64,000 nucleotides of DNA from Camelus dromedarius (lineage: Eukaryota): NCBI RefSeq assembly GCF_036321535.1, contig NC_087447.1:49788001-49852000 (forward strand), in the 5' to 3' direction. Below are positions 38,876-52,715 of this stretch, piece after piece (within the stretch, counting starts at the first letter, position 1; each line of letters begins with the position of its first letter). The position numbers and the translations under genes are program-made. Under the pieces are notes generated by a model, which was given only the letters and a program-made list of their open reading frames with translations, had not been told where the DNA came from and made no database searches.

Positions 38876-41800
38876 ATATTTTTCTTTTCATTTAATTTTT
38901 TGAATAATGAATGCAGTCCTTGGTTCAACATATAGAAATATATTAAAGTATATATTAAAGTCTTCCTTTTACCTGTCCCATCTCCCTAGTTTTCCACCCT
39001 GCCCTTGTCGTTCCTAAGATTCTTTTTGCAAAAGCAAGTAAAAATAGTACCAAATTATATGTATATTTCTGTGCCTTGCCTTTTTCACTTAATATATCTT
39101 AGATGTTTTTCCATACTGGTTTATAGAGAGCTTCTCTATTTTTCTTTTTTTTGTTGTTGTTTTCTGTTTAGTTTTGCATTGAACAGATGTACCATGATTT
39201 ATTTAACTGGCTTCTATTGGGCATTTAGCTGTATACACAGTACTGCAGTGAATAATTTTGTTGCTGTACATTATTCTGTGTGAATGCCTGTATAGCTATA
39301 GAGTAAGTCCCAAGGAGTGAGAGCACAGAGAGTGTGTCCTTGCAGTTTTGGTAGACGCTGCAAAATTGTCCTTGTTGATGTTCCCAATTGCTGTGTACAG
39401 GGGCCCTTTTTTCCCACAGCCTCACCAATAGACTGCAATCTAACTTTTGAAATTTTGCCAATCTGATAGGGGAAAGTTAGTTTTATAGTGTAGTTTAAGT
39501 TTGTGTTTCTTCTATTATGAGTGGGGTTGAGGTACTAAAAAAATTGTTGAATAAATGGAATGCTGTATAACAGCCAAAACATGTCATTGAATCATGCTCT
39601 GCAATCTCTGATTGCTTTGTTTCTTCAGGTCTCAGAATGCGATAGAGAAACATTTGTATCTAATAGTCCCTTTCGTGGAGAACCAGTCTTGGACCATACC
39701 TTTTTGAAAATTTACTTGTCAGATAGTTTTGCTCAAATTGAATTAATACAAATTAATATAATTCTATTAATAAAAATTAATTCTATTAATTAATATTGTT
39801 AATAAAAATTAATAGGATTGTATCAATAAAAATATAACTTATAAAGTATTTTTAATTCGCTATTTCATTTGAGCCTCAAAATGACCCTTTTATTTTCAGG
39901 TGTCATTTTCTTTTGAAAGGTGAAGAAACTATGGCCCCTAAAAATTAATTGGCTTATCTAGGGCGAGCTTATACATGGTGTACTGGAGACTGGGGCTGTT
40001 TTTTAAAATTCTAAATTCTTCTAAATTCACTATTCTGTTTTGCACCATGCTGCTGATTTCATTTGTAATATTTTAAATGTAACAGAATGATAGACAGTGT
40101 AGGCCCACATTTAACACTCTAGAAATTACCTCAGACTTGGTGATTCCTTTCTAAATTGTATGGCTCCTTTGTGGACTCTTCATTTGAATTAGCAGGTACA
40201 TTTTGAGGGCCTAATAGAGAAGACAGATTTAGTTTCATTTATACATACAGTTAGTCAGCAGAGTTTTGGAAGAAATAATGATGCTATTCATCTTTTTAGA
40301 GCTGGAGATACTTATTTTGGGGACTTTAATTTAGACAGTTTGCAGATTAAATTGGGGAATTCTTTCTCTGAAAAGAAAAAAAAAGGATTATCTTTATGTT
40401 TCTTTTTTCACTGATTTTCGAAGTATTACATACTTGCATCAAATTCAGACAGTATGAAAGTGTATTAAGTGAAAGTACCTTGCAATAAAAAAAGACACTT
40501 TTTTTTTAGCACTGAATCTTTTTTCCCCTAAAAACATATTTGGTACGTATAAATCAGAATATATGCATATGCGTTAAAAAAACATATATATATTATGTAT
40601 ACACATACATACATATGTATATTTAGGTAGTCAATTTATGGTTGAAATTGGTTAAAATTCATTTGGGGAAAAATGAAAAGAATAATACTTAGGGTTGCCT
40701 AGTATTAAATAGGTTATAAATTGGTACAGTATTTTTAGAGAACAATTTGGCAATATCGAGCAAATTCATTTTTCCTTTTATCTTGCAATTTTATTTCTAA
40801 AATTATAGATTCAGGTGTCTTAGGATATGTATCTTTCAAAGGCTGTTTATAACATTACTCGAAATATCCAAAATTAGCATAATGTTTGTCAGTAGAAGAT
40901 TCCTTTTAAAACAGTTAGAATTATCTGTTTTCTTACTTAAAAGATGATTCAAAAGAGAAAACTTAAAAAACTGCCAAGCAAAAAATAAAAGTAAGCAACC
41001 TACTCCTCTCCTATCACTTAAGATAAACATTGTTAACATAATTGTAAAGATTTGGATCCTGTCGTAAATTCTCTATTGGAACTTTTTTTTTTTCACTTAA
41101 TTCATTGTGGCTGTCTCTCCACAAAATAGAATAATTATGCTATTTATAATTTTTTTTAAAGGAAGACAAGGATAGGGTAATGTTGATGGTATGTTCGTCA
41201 GGAAACATTCTAACCAAAAGAGCTTGTCCATAAGAATTTTATATCCAGGTCCACTTTTCCTTTACTGCTTGACAATTCCCAAGCTTAGTCCTGTGGACTA
41301 CTTTGACAAGTTCCACACTCCTTGAGTTTCATCTATACTATTACATACTTAATATATTTTTAAAAGTTCATTATTTTAAACTCCTGTCTAAGCATAATCT
41401 GTGAAGTTGTTGATACAGTAAAAAATTTATTGCATGCCACCCTGTGCCAGGAATAGCTTAACATGCTGAGAAAACAGCACAGCTGTACAGAACAAATGGC
41501 TACTGCTCTTATGAAACGTACAGTTAGGGGTTGAGTCTGTGAGACATACATTTCAATATATTAGAAAAAAATAAAGTTTGTTTTTGTATCACCTAAATCA
41601 TCTCCTATACCAGTTGGATATGCATCACCCTTGGGAAATATTACCCTGTAGCAACATAAGGATACAAGGGTTCTTCTAGGCTCTGCATTGACAGAGCATC
41701 ACAGAAGCGGCTTTGGTAGAGGGAATATTCAGGGGTTGTTGGGACAACAACCTGACACAGTCTCTCTTTTGATTGTATCTTCAGGTTTCATAACATTTAC

Positions 41801-42374
41801 AACATATGTGAAAGTTTGTAGAATCATGACATTTTTGGTGCGTACAGAGGACCTTCGATTACTAGCCTAATTCTCTTAAGTTGTCTAATGAAGAAATGAG
41901 CCCAAGGGAATGAGAGTCAGGATGTTAATGACAGATGAAACTAGTGCCTAGGTTACCTGGTGGCTAGATGAGTATTCTTTCCACAGTACTACAGTGGATA
42001 ATCATTGGAGACAATGGAGAAAAACAGAGTGTATAGAATCTGTTGTAGAGAATTGCAGTAGGTAAGGGAGAAGAAAGTCTTGAGTTTTTAAGGGCTCATA
42101 TTAGAATCTGGGGTAAAAGGAGCCAGTAAGGCGAAAATCACTGAATTAAATATTAAAGGTTTTGACCTTTCTTTACTAATGTTTTTCCCTTTCAAACACT
42201 TATTTAATCACTATTTCTATTTTAATTTACTTTTTGCAGATAAAGATATGGAGAGAATAGATCCCTTGAAAATGTTTTAAGTGTTTTTTTTACTGTAACA
42301 GATGTTAAAGAAGGTATAGGATTAAGAGTTAGCTTATTTTCTTATCACTTATTGTTCTTTTTCTTCTTTTCCAG

Positions 42375-42409
42375 AATTTTATAGAAGTGAAGTGATTAAG
42401 AATTCCTTG
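42375..42409 (+). CDS. UVRAG: UVRAG coding exon 3 (35-nt mini-exon; E-FYRSEVIKNSL)
   Basis: Long polypyrimidine tract ttctttttcttcttttccag| and donor TTG|GTAAGT; completes the GAA codon begun by exon 2 and restores phase 0. Too short to appear in the ORF track. Confidence 0.95.
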
Positions 42410-44384
42410 GTAAGTTTGCTCTCTGACAGGTACATATGACTAAGCCTATAACTCCTGTGTCAGAAAATGCTAAGACATAAAATCAATCGAAGTTCAATTC
42501 TGGTATTATGGCACATCTACTGTTAAATCTTATGCTCAATTATTGCTTAAATCTTCATTGATTTGTCCATTGCTGTATCCCTAGTGCCTAGAGCATGCCT
42601 GGCACAAAATAGGTGCTTGATAAATACTTGCTGAATAAAATGGTATTTTTTTCTGTTGAAAACTTGTTTTTTCAACTCAAATTCTGTAATTCTGTCACTT
42701 CTATTTTCTCCAGAGATTTTTGACTATTTCACTTACCAAATATAATAATAAATGATATCTTTGTTAGATATAGTTCTCAAGAATTTTATGTCTAGGGCCA
42801 TGTACAGAATCCTTCCACTTGTTTTTTGGCAGTAGCATCACTCAGAAATTTGGAAACGTCCTACTTTTGATAATGTATATACTAGATATTTACATAGATG
42901 TCTCACTTTATTCAACCTTGTTGATAAAAAGAAGAGCTTTATGGAAATGATAGTATCCTTTTAACAGTCCAAGACCATTGGACTGGATTTGGCCCCTGTC
43001 CAGTTTTTCAACTTTATCTCCTAACACTTTTCCTACCTCATTCCAGGCTTACATCATTTTTTTCAGTGCTTCAAACATGCCAAACTTGTCTTGTTATTTG
43101 TGCCTACAACACTTGTTTCCCCACGTCTTCGTTTGACTGAAGAATCCTTTGAGGTCTGAGCTATGTCACTTCAGCCAGGCCTTCTATTATTGTTCCATCT
43201 AAATAGTTCCCTTTCCACTCTTTTTCACATCACCTTGTTTTATTTTCTTTAGAGCATTTACCACTCCTGGAAAACTCTTGTCCCTTGATTTATTATCTGT
43301 TTCCTGCCTACCAAAACACAAGTTCCATGAGAGCAGGAACCTTGCCAGTCTTGTTCACCTCTGAAACCCTAAAGTCTAGAACACTGTAGATGCTCGGTGA
43401 ATATTTGTTAGTTGAGTAAGTGGATATCAGTGATGTGTTTTATTTACAGAATCCTATTGCATGTTATCTCATTTTGATCCTTAGAACAACTTGTAAGGGA
43501 GATGGGGTAGATCTTGAGAAGCTGACATTTGGACTCAGTGACTTTCACAGAGTCATACTACAGGACCAGAACCCAAGTCCTGACCTTTGTCTTCAAGTCT
43601 CTAATACTCTTTCCTCTTCATCAAACTGTCTTCTAAATGTCTCTGAAATACCATAATAGATTTGGATCCTAGACCAGACAGGTTCCTGGAGCCCATCTTT
43701 GCGGAGCGCTGGTTACCATTAAAGGTCTTGTTCCACATACATTAAATGATATATAATATGACTAGCACCATGTCTGACATATAGTAGCTACTGAATATAG
43801 TTTCTCCTCCTATCCTGGCTCACCTGGAAACAGAAGTGGTCTACAGTCAGTTGAGAGCTGGGAGGGAATGGTTTAGGGAGCAGATAGAGCAGAATGTCTT
43901 CTTGATTTATTCCACCCTCTCTTCCATAGTCAAAACTCAATTTCTTAAATTTAATACACCCATATAACCAATGTCCAGATCAAGAAATAGAATATTTTCA
44001 GTGCCCCAGAAGTCCCCTCTTACCCTTTTCAGTTACTGTTACTCTCCTGACATTTAACATCATAAATTAATTTTACCTGTTTGTGAGCTTTATATAAATG
44101 AAAGAATACAGTATGCATTCTTTTGTGTCTGACTTCCATGTCTCAACTTCGTGTTTTAAGAGTCATGCACGTTGTGGGCTGTATTTGTAGTTTGCTCTAT
44201 AGTGTGTCATTGTGCAAGTATACCAGAATTTATCCATTCTTCTGTTGATGGGAGTTTGGTTGACAGGATATTTTAAATGACGGACTAAGCACGTGTAGTG
44301 CCAATAGTGTGCCTAACTTACGAGAACTGATAATAAGAACAGCTGTTTTTAAGGATGTGGATGTAGAGACAGTGACACCTGATG

Positions 44385-44402
44385 ACTGCCACCTGGTGGT
44401 CA
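44385..44402 (-). promoter_or_regulatory. CTCF motif (intron 3)
   Basis: The minus strand reads TGACCACCAGGTGGCAGT. Confidence 0.6.
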
Positions 44403-46903
44403 AAGAGTTTAGGACCTTATTGATTTTATTAACATTTATTTCTGAAGTCAGAATCCATCTTAAAATTGAAGAAAAATGCTTGTCAGAATTGATGATAAAT
44501 TGGAATATGTTGCATGGCAGTAAATATAATAGAGTAAAATAAAGCAGAATAAGGGAGTATCTGGCAGGGGTGATTGCTGTTTTCCTATGGTAGTCAGAGA
44601 GCAGACACTTGAAAGAAGTGAGGGGACAAGCTATGTCTCTTAAGTGGGCAAAGACTGTTCCAGGCCAAGAAGTAGGAAAGTACAAAGGTAGGCGTGTACT
44701 TGAAGTTTTCAAGGAATGGCTAAGAAGTTAATATGGCTCAGCTGGGGTGAGTGGTTTGAGATTTTGCTAGGCAAGCATGACAGAGACACAGGGTAAGAGA
44801 GTTGAAGATCAGGGCAGAGGAGGAAATGACCTGGAGAGATAGCGGATGATAGTCAAGGGGTGGATAGCATGAGGATGAGATTCTGGCAGGTAACATAAAG
44901 TTAGGAGCATCTGGTAGATGAGTTATTCACGCTGAAGAGAAATGACACCAGACAGAAACTTGAATCTATACAAAGGAATAAAAAGTACTTGGTAAATAGT
45001 AAATATTGAGTAAACACAAAAGATTATTTTTTCTTATCTTATTTTCTTTATATCATATATGACTGTTTAAAGCAAAAACTATAACTGCATAGAGGGTTTT
45101 ATAATACATGTAGAGACCACACATGTGAAAGAAATGGCACAAATGACAGAAGGTGGGCAACTGGAACTATACTGTTACAAGGTTCGTCTGTTTGACATGA
45201 AGTAATTAAGGGTACATATAGTAATCCCTAGAGCAGTGATTAAAAAATTAATGCATTTCACTGTATATAACTTTTACTTTTAAAAAACCTGTAAATAAGT
45301 ATTGAACGCTAATGTGCAGGTTGGCTTTTTACAGTGGTAAGGATTACCAATTCTAAGGCTACTTTCTGTGTATTTTAAACTAAAAATGCATTAATTTTAA
45401 CTATACAGTTTGCTGAATTTTGATAAGTACACACACATCTGTCAAGATATATACATTTCCCGTCATTCCAGACATTTCCCTTGTGCCGAATCTTTCCCCC
45501 TACAAGAGGAAATCATTTTCACCCTAGGTTAGTTTTGCCTCTTTTAGAACTTCATATAAATGGAATCATCATACAGTATGCATTTTTTAATATTCTATTT
45601 CAGATTCTTGGCTTGCCTTTTCAGCTGTACTTCTTTGCATTAATTTTTAAATCATTGCTCTAGGGATTTCTATATGTACCTTTAATTACTTCATGTAAAA
45701 CAGACGAACCTTGTAACTGTGTAGTTCCAGTTACCCACCTTCTGTCATTTGTGCCATTTCTTTCACATGTGTGGTCTCTACATGTATTATAAAACCCTCT
45801 ATGCAGTTATAGTTTTTGCTTTAAACAGTCATATATGATATAAAGAAAATAAGATAAGAAAAAAAGTCTTTTATATTTACTCAATATTTACCATTTACCA
45901 AGTACTTTTTATTCCTTTGTATAGATCCAAGTTTCTGTCTGGTGTCATTTCTCTTCAGCCTGAATAATGGCTTTTAACACTTCTTGTGGTACAGGTCTGC
46001 ACAGTTATTCCTAGACCTTAATGTTCATCTTCATATTTAAATGAAACTACCCTTATTTTGCAGGGTTGCTAAAACAACTTTGGGAGGATAGAGACTGGGC
46101 GTTATTTAAGAATGGAGTTCTATTGATTTTAGGTTGAAATTCTTGTGTGGCTTGGAATCAGTATAAAACTGATTGCACAAATGTGTTTTCTATGTTATCA
46201 TTATGCTGTTTATTGATCATCTTTCATTGTCCTCAAACATCCGTATCGGTTAATCAGACATTCATTCACTCATTCAGCAAATATTTATTGAGCATATACC
46301 AGGTACTTCTCAAGCTTTTGAGGATCTTGCGGCAAACAAATCAGGCACTGTTCCTGTCTATCAGAGCTTTTATTTTAGTGGAAGGAAATCAGGCAAGAAA
46401 AACAATCAACATACAAGTGAAAAAAGATACATCAGACTTAAGTGTCATGAAACTGGAAGTCATGTCCCCTCTCCTGAAACTTCACAGCCAAACCCACAAA
46501 ATATGTACATCAATATATCCCCTAAAAGAAAAACACTGCCTTAGTTCCCTTCCTACTTTGATCAGGTAAAAGAATGCTGTAAAGCTAAAAACAGTTACCC
46601 TTATATGAGGCTCTTCTGATTTATTGATTTATATAATATGAAAATTGATAATTTATTGAGATTGATTGTAATTTTATATATTATTTATATTATAGTTTAT
46701 TGAGATTGATTATGGTTACATTCAGCAATGAAAATACATTTAATGTGAGGGAAATAAATGAAAGTAAGAAATTGATGCATTATAGTTCATATCTATTGAA
46801 ATTATTAAAGCCCCTTAACATTTTTACTTTTCAGAGAATGTTTCAACTATTTGGATAATACTCTTAATGAAAAATAAAGTTCTTTCTGAGCCTAAAGTTG
46901 ACC

Positions 46904-47015
46904 TTTTTTTTTTGGTTTGTTTCTTTTTTTTTAATTAATGGAGGCACTGGGGATTGAACTCAGGACCTCGTGCGTGCTGAGCATGTGTTCTACCACTGAG
47001 CTATACCCTCTCCCC
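46904..47015 (-). mobile_element. tRNA-derived SINE (Vic-1-like, short form)
   Basis: Reverse complement of 'ggggagagggtatagctcagtggtagaacacatgctcagcacgcacgaggtcctgagttcaatccccagtgcctcca' plus A tail. Confidence 0.85.
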
Positions 47016-47751
47016 AAAAACCTTTCAATCTTAACCTTAAAACCTTTCAATGGCCCCACCTCTTATCCGTAGTAAAGTACTCCTTGGCACGGAATCCTTT
47101 GTTTCTCTCTCCAGCTTTGTGTGCTGGCACTCTTGTGTTGTGTACTCCAGCAGTTGTCTTAGTTCCCTGACTATACCTTGCTGTTCCATGCCCTTGAGCC
47201 CTTGTTTATGTTCCTTTTGCCTGGAATTTCTTATTTTAACCTCGTGAAATCCTTTTTGTCCTTTAAAAGTAAAGTGTTATAGCCTGTGTAATGTCTCCCC
47301 CTGTTCCTTCAGAATTTATTATTCCCTCCTGTGCTACTGTGTAACCTTTTGAATAATTCTGTTACTGGACTTCTCAGGAAGCAATGTAATTATTTAAATA
47401 GAGGTTTGAATCCAACAATAAATTGGAGGTACTTTGAGGGCATTGTTTATATTTTGCTTCTAAATAATTGTGCATTATGTGTTGAATAAATAAATGAATT
47501 ACCAAATGAAGCCATGTTATTGAGAGATTAGAATATATGCTCCTTCTAATGACTCTAATAAATAGAGAAATTAAAAAGTACCAATATCTTTCTCTTCATG
47601 TTAAGTGGAATGTCTTGGTTCACCGAAGTTTCCAATTTAATATATTTGTGAGTTCTTTCGGTTTTTTAAAACAAAATGATTTACAACCTAACTGAAATAA
47701 TTGTAAAGAAGTTACAGTTTTCCTAAGGCATGTTTTCATTTTCATCAACAG

Positions 47752-47913
47752 AATCCAACATGGCGGAGTCTTGACTTTGGAATAATGCCAGACCGTCTCG
47801 ATACATCTGTGTCTTGTTTCGTAGTGAAGATATGGGGTGGAAAGGAGGACATCTATCAGCTGTTGATTGAATGGAAAGTCTGTTTGGATGGGTTAAAATA
47901 TTTGGGTCAGCAG
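47752..47913 (+). CDS. UVRAG: UVRAG coding exon 4 (162 nt; [54 protein letters not shown])
   Basis: Acceptor ttttcatcaacag| and donor CAG|GTAATT; contains the C2-domain NP.W motif; phase 0-0. Confidence 0.97.
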
Positions 47914-48314
47914 GTAATTTTTAGACTGCAGTTTCAAATAGTTGTCATCTCTAATATAAACTGTCCAACCTTTTTTGTTGATTCTTCTGATTCTACATTC
48001 CCTATTATAAATGATACACCTTTTATGATTATTAACTTAATTATAGAAGTTTGAGTTGTTGCCAAGTTTAAAAAATAACTGAAGAAATTTATGAAGTACC
48101 CCCTTAAGCTCCTAATTTAAGAGGATTTTTTGGGGGAAGGGGGTGAGAAAGAATATGCGTCTGTCTTATTGGATGTTCCCCACTAGGGTCTGCAAATTAA
48201 GTTATAATAAATTTTTTAAAAAATATTTATTTATACAATGTAAATAAACACTTCTCTTATGAGAAGTAGAGTTGAGTTATTCCAAGAATAAGAAGAGCTA
48301 CTGTTTATTGAGCA

Positions 48315-48500
48315 CAGGGATGACAAATGCTGGCTTGTATACTGCTGCTCACACACCATGGCTGATGTAGCTAACTGATCATAGCACTCTTCTGGCTGAG
48401 CTCAGAACTAGCTCCACGGTCCTTTCTCACACAGAGTAGCAAGATGCAACTAGCAGTATGTCAGAACTGCATATGAAATGAAACCTATTTTTCATCCCCA
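48315..48500. mobile_element. Short hAT-like MITE interrupting a MIR
   Basis: Imperfect terminal inverted repeats CAGGGATGACAAAT / ATTTTTCATCCCCA. Confidence 0.55.
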
Positions 48501-49884
48501 GTCATAGGTAATTACCATTTAATGTTTATAGCAACCTTGTGAAGGCTGCTGTTATTACCCATATTTTCCTGATGGGAAAATTTGAGCCTCTGAGAATTTA
48601 GGAAACTGAACAAGATCTCACTGCTAGGGGGAGCTAGGATTTAAATCAAGACTGGCTGACTTAAGAAGTCATTCTCTTTGTGCTCTACCTCACTGGTATA
48701 TACATGTAGTCTTTGGTAACCACCCATCCCACCTTGGAGTAAATACCATTTCTATTTTGTGATACCTGTGGGATACTGGTAAAGGTAACCCTAAAATGTT
48801 AGTCATAGCTACAGACATTAATATTTATTCAATATATACTTTCTGGTGTATTTCTCTTAAACAATTTTTCATATTTTTTTCAGATTAAAATAAAACACCA
48901 AAACTCTGCCCTTATTTTGCTTACCATACTTTATTTTATGGTCTATTATAGTGACCAGAACAATGTATGCAATAAATATTTTCCTTAACTAAATCCTAAC
49001 CTGCTACAAATTCTTAATCTTTTAAAATTTTATATTTGTTCCCTGTGTTTTAGGACTGGTTTAACAAACACTTATATGAAATAATGACTTTTGGCTTAGG
49101 GTCTTTCTCCTCTCCTTTAGTACCAGATGCTTGTTGCCTTTAGCCTGGTCATGGAGAGCTCTTCACTGAGTCACATACCTTTCCATCTTCCTACATGCTG
49201 CAGTTGGCTCTCTGTGGATAGACGATGATATTAATTACTTTGTTTATTTTTCTTCTTAAATCATCTGCGTTTCGTGGGGGATGGTGCTTCTTAACGTTAG
49301 AATTTCAGGGCTATAGGCTTGTAGGGGAGTCTTTTTTTTTTTTTTTTTGGCCAGAGAAGATAGCCTTCATCATGCTTTTCAATTCACACATTCCTTAGGT
49401 GGTTGTCTTCTTGAAATACCCAGCTATGCTTTTGTCTAACTTGCCCTAATTTCAGACTGTTAGCATTCTGGTGTCTCCTTATGAGATTGGTTATGCCCAT
49501 ATAACAGAAAACAAAAGAAAGAGAAAACATTTAAAAAAAATTAGAAACTAAATATCATTGTGGAAAGTTGAAAATCCCCTATGAAATAGGTGTAACAAGT
49601 AACGTACTACTAGAAAATCCGATATAATAAAATTACAAAATTTTAGAGGAAAGTAAGACTAAGATGTGTCAGGATAATAGCCAGAATCACTTAGGTTCAT
49701 TGATTGGTCTTCTGCTTTCTACCAGCATTGTTCTAAGTGTCGAGGATCCAGAGATGAGTAAGACAAGAGTCTTAGACCCAGTAAACTGATAATTGATGAA
49801 TACCTGCCTAGAGAGCGATGGGATTACATGAAGGAGGTATTTAGACAAGCCTGGATAGAGTCAGGAGGGCTGACTTTTGAATGA

Positions 49885-52715
49885 ACTTTTTTTTTTACAA
49901 GTTAGGTTTGTTGAGGTATAATTTATATACAGTAAAATTCACCCTTTTAATGTATACAGTTCATTGAGTTTGACAAATGTGTGAATTAAGTGACCATCAC
50001 CACAATGAATAATACTTATTCAGTAATGGGTAAGTATTAAATATAAGTCTTTGTGTTGACATACGTTGTCATTTCTGTTGAGTAAATACCCAGCAATGGA
50101 GTTTCTGGGTCTAATGGTAGTGAGAAACACTGAAACTTTTTCCGAAGTGACCACCATTCTGCATTCCCAGGAGCAATGTATGACAGTTCCTTATCTTTGT
50201 AAGCACTTGTTACTATCAGTCCTTTTAATTTTAGCCATTCTACTGGGTTTAAATGGTATCTCATCCTGATTTTAACTTAAACTTTCCCTAATGATGAAAT
50301 GATGTTGGGCATTAAAAAGTATATGTATGTTTATTTGTCATGAATCCCCCTCCTCCTTTCTTTGTGAATGTTTGTTTAGATCTTTTGCCCATTTTTTAAT
50401 TTGCTTGAATTCTCATTATTAAGTTGTAGAATTTCCTTAGGTATTCTGGATATTAGTTAGTTCTTTATGAGATACGTATTTTCCACATATTTTCTGCCCT
50501 TCTTTGGCTTGTCTTTTGTTTTTATAAGTGTCATTCAGAGAACAGTATTTTTAAATGTTGATGAAGCCTACTGTATCAGTTTTCTTTCTTTTATGTTTCA
50601 TTCGTTTTGTGTGTTGTGTAAGACATCCTTGCCTAACCCAACATTACAAAGATATTCTCCTGTGAAGTTCTTCTAGAAGTTTTATAGTTTTAGGTTTTAG
50701 TCATTTTTGTCTATGATCCATTTTGAATTAGCTTTTATATAAAGAGCAAGTTTTATTGTCTTGGAGATGGATGAATATTTATTTTTTCTTGTACTCCTTG
50801 TTGTAGAGGCTATTTCTCCTTTGAATTATCCTGTCTTTTTGTTGAAAATCATTTATATGGATCTCTTTCTGGACCCTCTGTTTTACTCTTTCTGGACCCT
50901 CTGTTTTGTTTCATTGATCTACATGTCTGTCTTTATGCCAGTACCACATTATCTTTATTTCTGTAGTTGTGTACTATCTTGAATTCAGGTAAGATGAATT
51001 CTCTAACTTTGTTCTTTTTTCAAAATTGTTCTGGTCATTCTAGATCTTTTGCCTTTACATATACACTTTAGAATTAGTTTGGTTTCTATAAAAATCCTGC
51101 TGTGATTTTGGTAGGTGTTGAATCTTAGAAAATTGGGGGAGAATTGACAGCTTAATATTGAATGTTTTAATCTACAGACATGGTATATCTTTCCATTTGT
51201 GAAAATCTTTGATTTCACTCATCAATTATTTGTAGTTTTCAGCATGTAGATCTTGCACATGTCAGATTTGTACCTGTGGTTTCCATGTTTGCTGATCCTA
51301 ATTTAAATGATACTCTTTTAAAAAATATTTCTCTTTCCAATTTTTGTTCCTAGTATATAGTAACATTTCTGAATTGAGTTTCTATTTTATGACCTTGCTA
51401 AACTCACTTGTTAGATTCACTAGACTTTTTGTGTGTGTGTGTGTGGATTCCTTTTGTAGATTTCTTTGTAGGCAGTCATGTTGTTTGTGAACAAAGGAGG
51501 TAAATTTCTTCCTTTCTGATGTTTGTGTCTTTTTCTTTTTTTTCTTATTTCACTGGTTGAGACTTCAGTACAATGTTGAATAGGAAGAGTAGAGTAGGCA
51601 TCCTTGTTTTGTTGCTGTTCTTGGAGTAAAGCAATCAGTTTTTCACTGTTAAGTATAACATTAGATATGAATTTTATAGACACTTTTATCAGGTTGGGGA
51701 AGTTTCCTTTCATTTGTAGCGGTTTCAGTTTACTAATATTTTGTTAAGACTTCTTTCACCTATGTCTGTGAGGGCTATTGGTCTTTTTTTTTTTTTCCAA
51801 TATTCCTATCTGTTTTAATATTAGAGTAATGCTGGTCTTATAAAATGGGTTGGGAAATGTTCTTACATTTTCTGGAGGAATTTGTGTAGAGTTGTTACTA
51901 TTTATTTCATGGGTGTTTGACAGAATTCTTCAGTGAAGCCATCAAGGGGTTAAGATTTCTTTGTGGGAAAGTTTAAAAGTATGACTTCAATTACTGTATT
52001 ATGGGGCTATTCAGGTTATCTGTGTGTTCTTAGGTGAGCATTGATAATTTGTTTTCCAAAGAGTTTGTTGATTTCACCTAAAATTTCAAATCTTTAATGT
52101 ATGTAAGATATATAACGATCCTTTTCTATTTCATTCTTGCTATTGGTCATTTCTGTCTTCTCTCTTTTTCTCTTGATCACTCTGACTAGAGATTTAGCAG
52201 TTTGATCAGCTTTTCAAAGAACGAGGGTTTGGTTTTGCAATATTATGATTTATAATAAATATATATTTGGTCTTTCTCCCTAGTTCCTGGGTCACAGCTC
52301 CCAAAAGTCTTGTAATTTCGTAAGTGTTGAGAGAAAGATATCTTAAAAATAAAAGAGAAGTTTTGATATTGCATTTTCAGTTTTATTCAATTTGAAATAT
52401 TTTCTAATTTCTCTTTTATTTCTTCTTGACCGAAGGGTTATTTAGACGTATGTTGTTTAATTTTCAAACATTTGTGGAGTTTTCAGATAATCCTTTTTTT
52501 TTTTGTTGAGTTCTACTTTAAATCTGTTGAGTTTAGAGAAAATACTTTATATTCATTTTAAATCCTTTTAACTTTTTTGAGATTTATTTTATGGCCCAGA
52601 ATATATGGCTTGTCTTGGTTAATGTTTCATACACCTGACGTGTATTCTACTATTACTGAATGAAATGTTTTACAAATGTTGGTTAGGTTCTGTTGATTTG
52701 TAGTCCTGAGTGAAT
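49885..52715 (-). mobile_element. Long old L1M fragment (3' UTR plus degraded ORF2), with a MER21-like LTR 5' fragment at ~52241-52342
   Basis: ORF2-like minus-strand translations at 50037-50264 (RYHL.P...PLLGIY), 51003-51218 and 51420-51713 (GNFPNLIK..NVILNSEKL). Confidence 0.8.

Noticed and set aside
44230..44712. Overlapping 160-aa (-) and 77-aa (+) ORFs in intron 3
   Set aside because: Non-ATG starts, overlap with L1/L2 remnants, no splice support or recognisable homology; the notable signal there is the CTCF motif.
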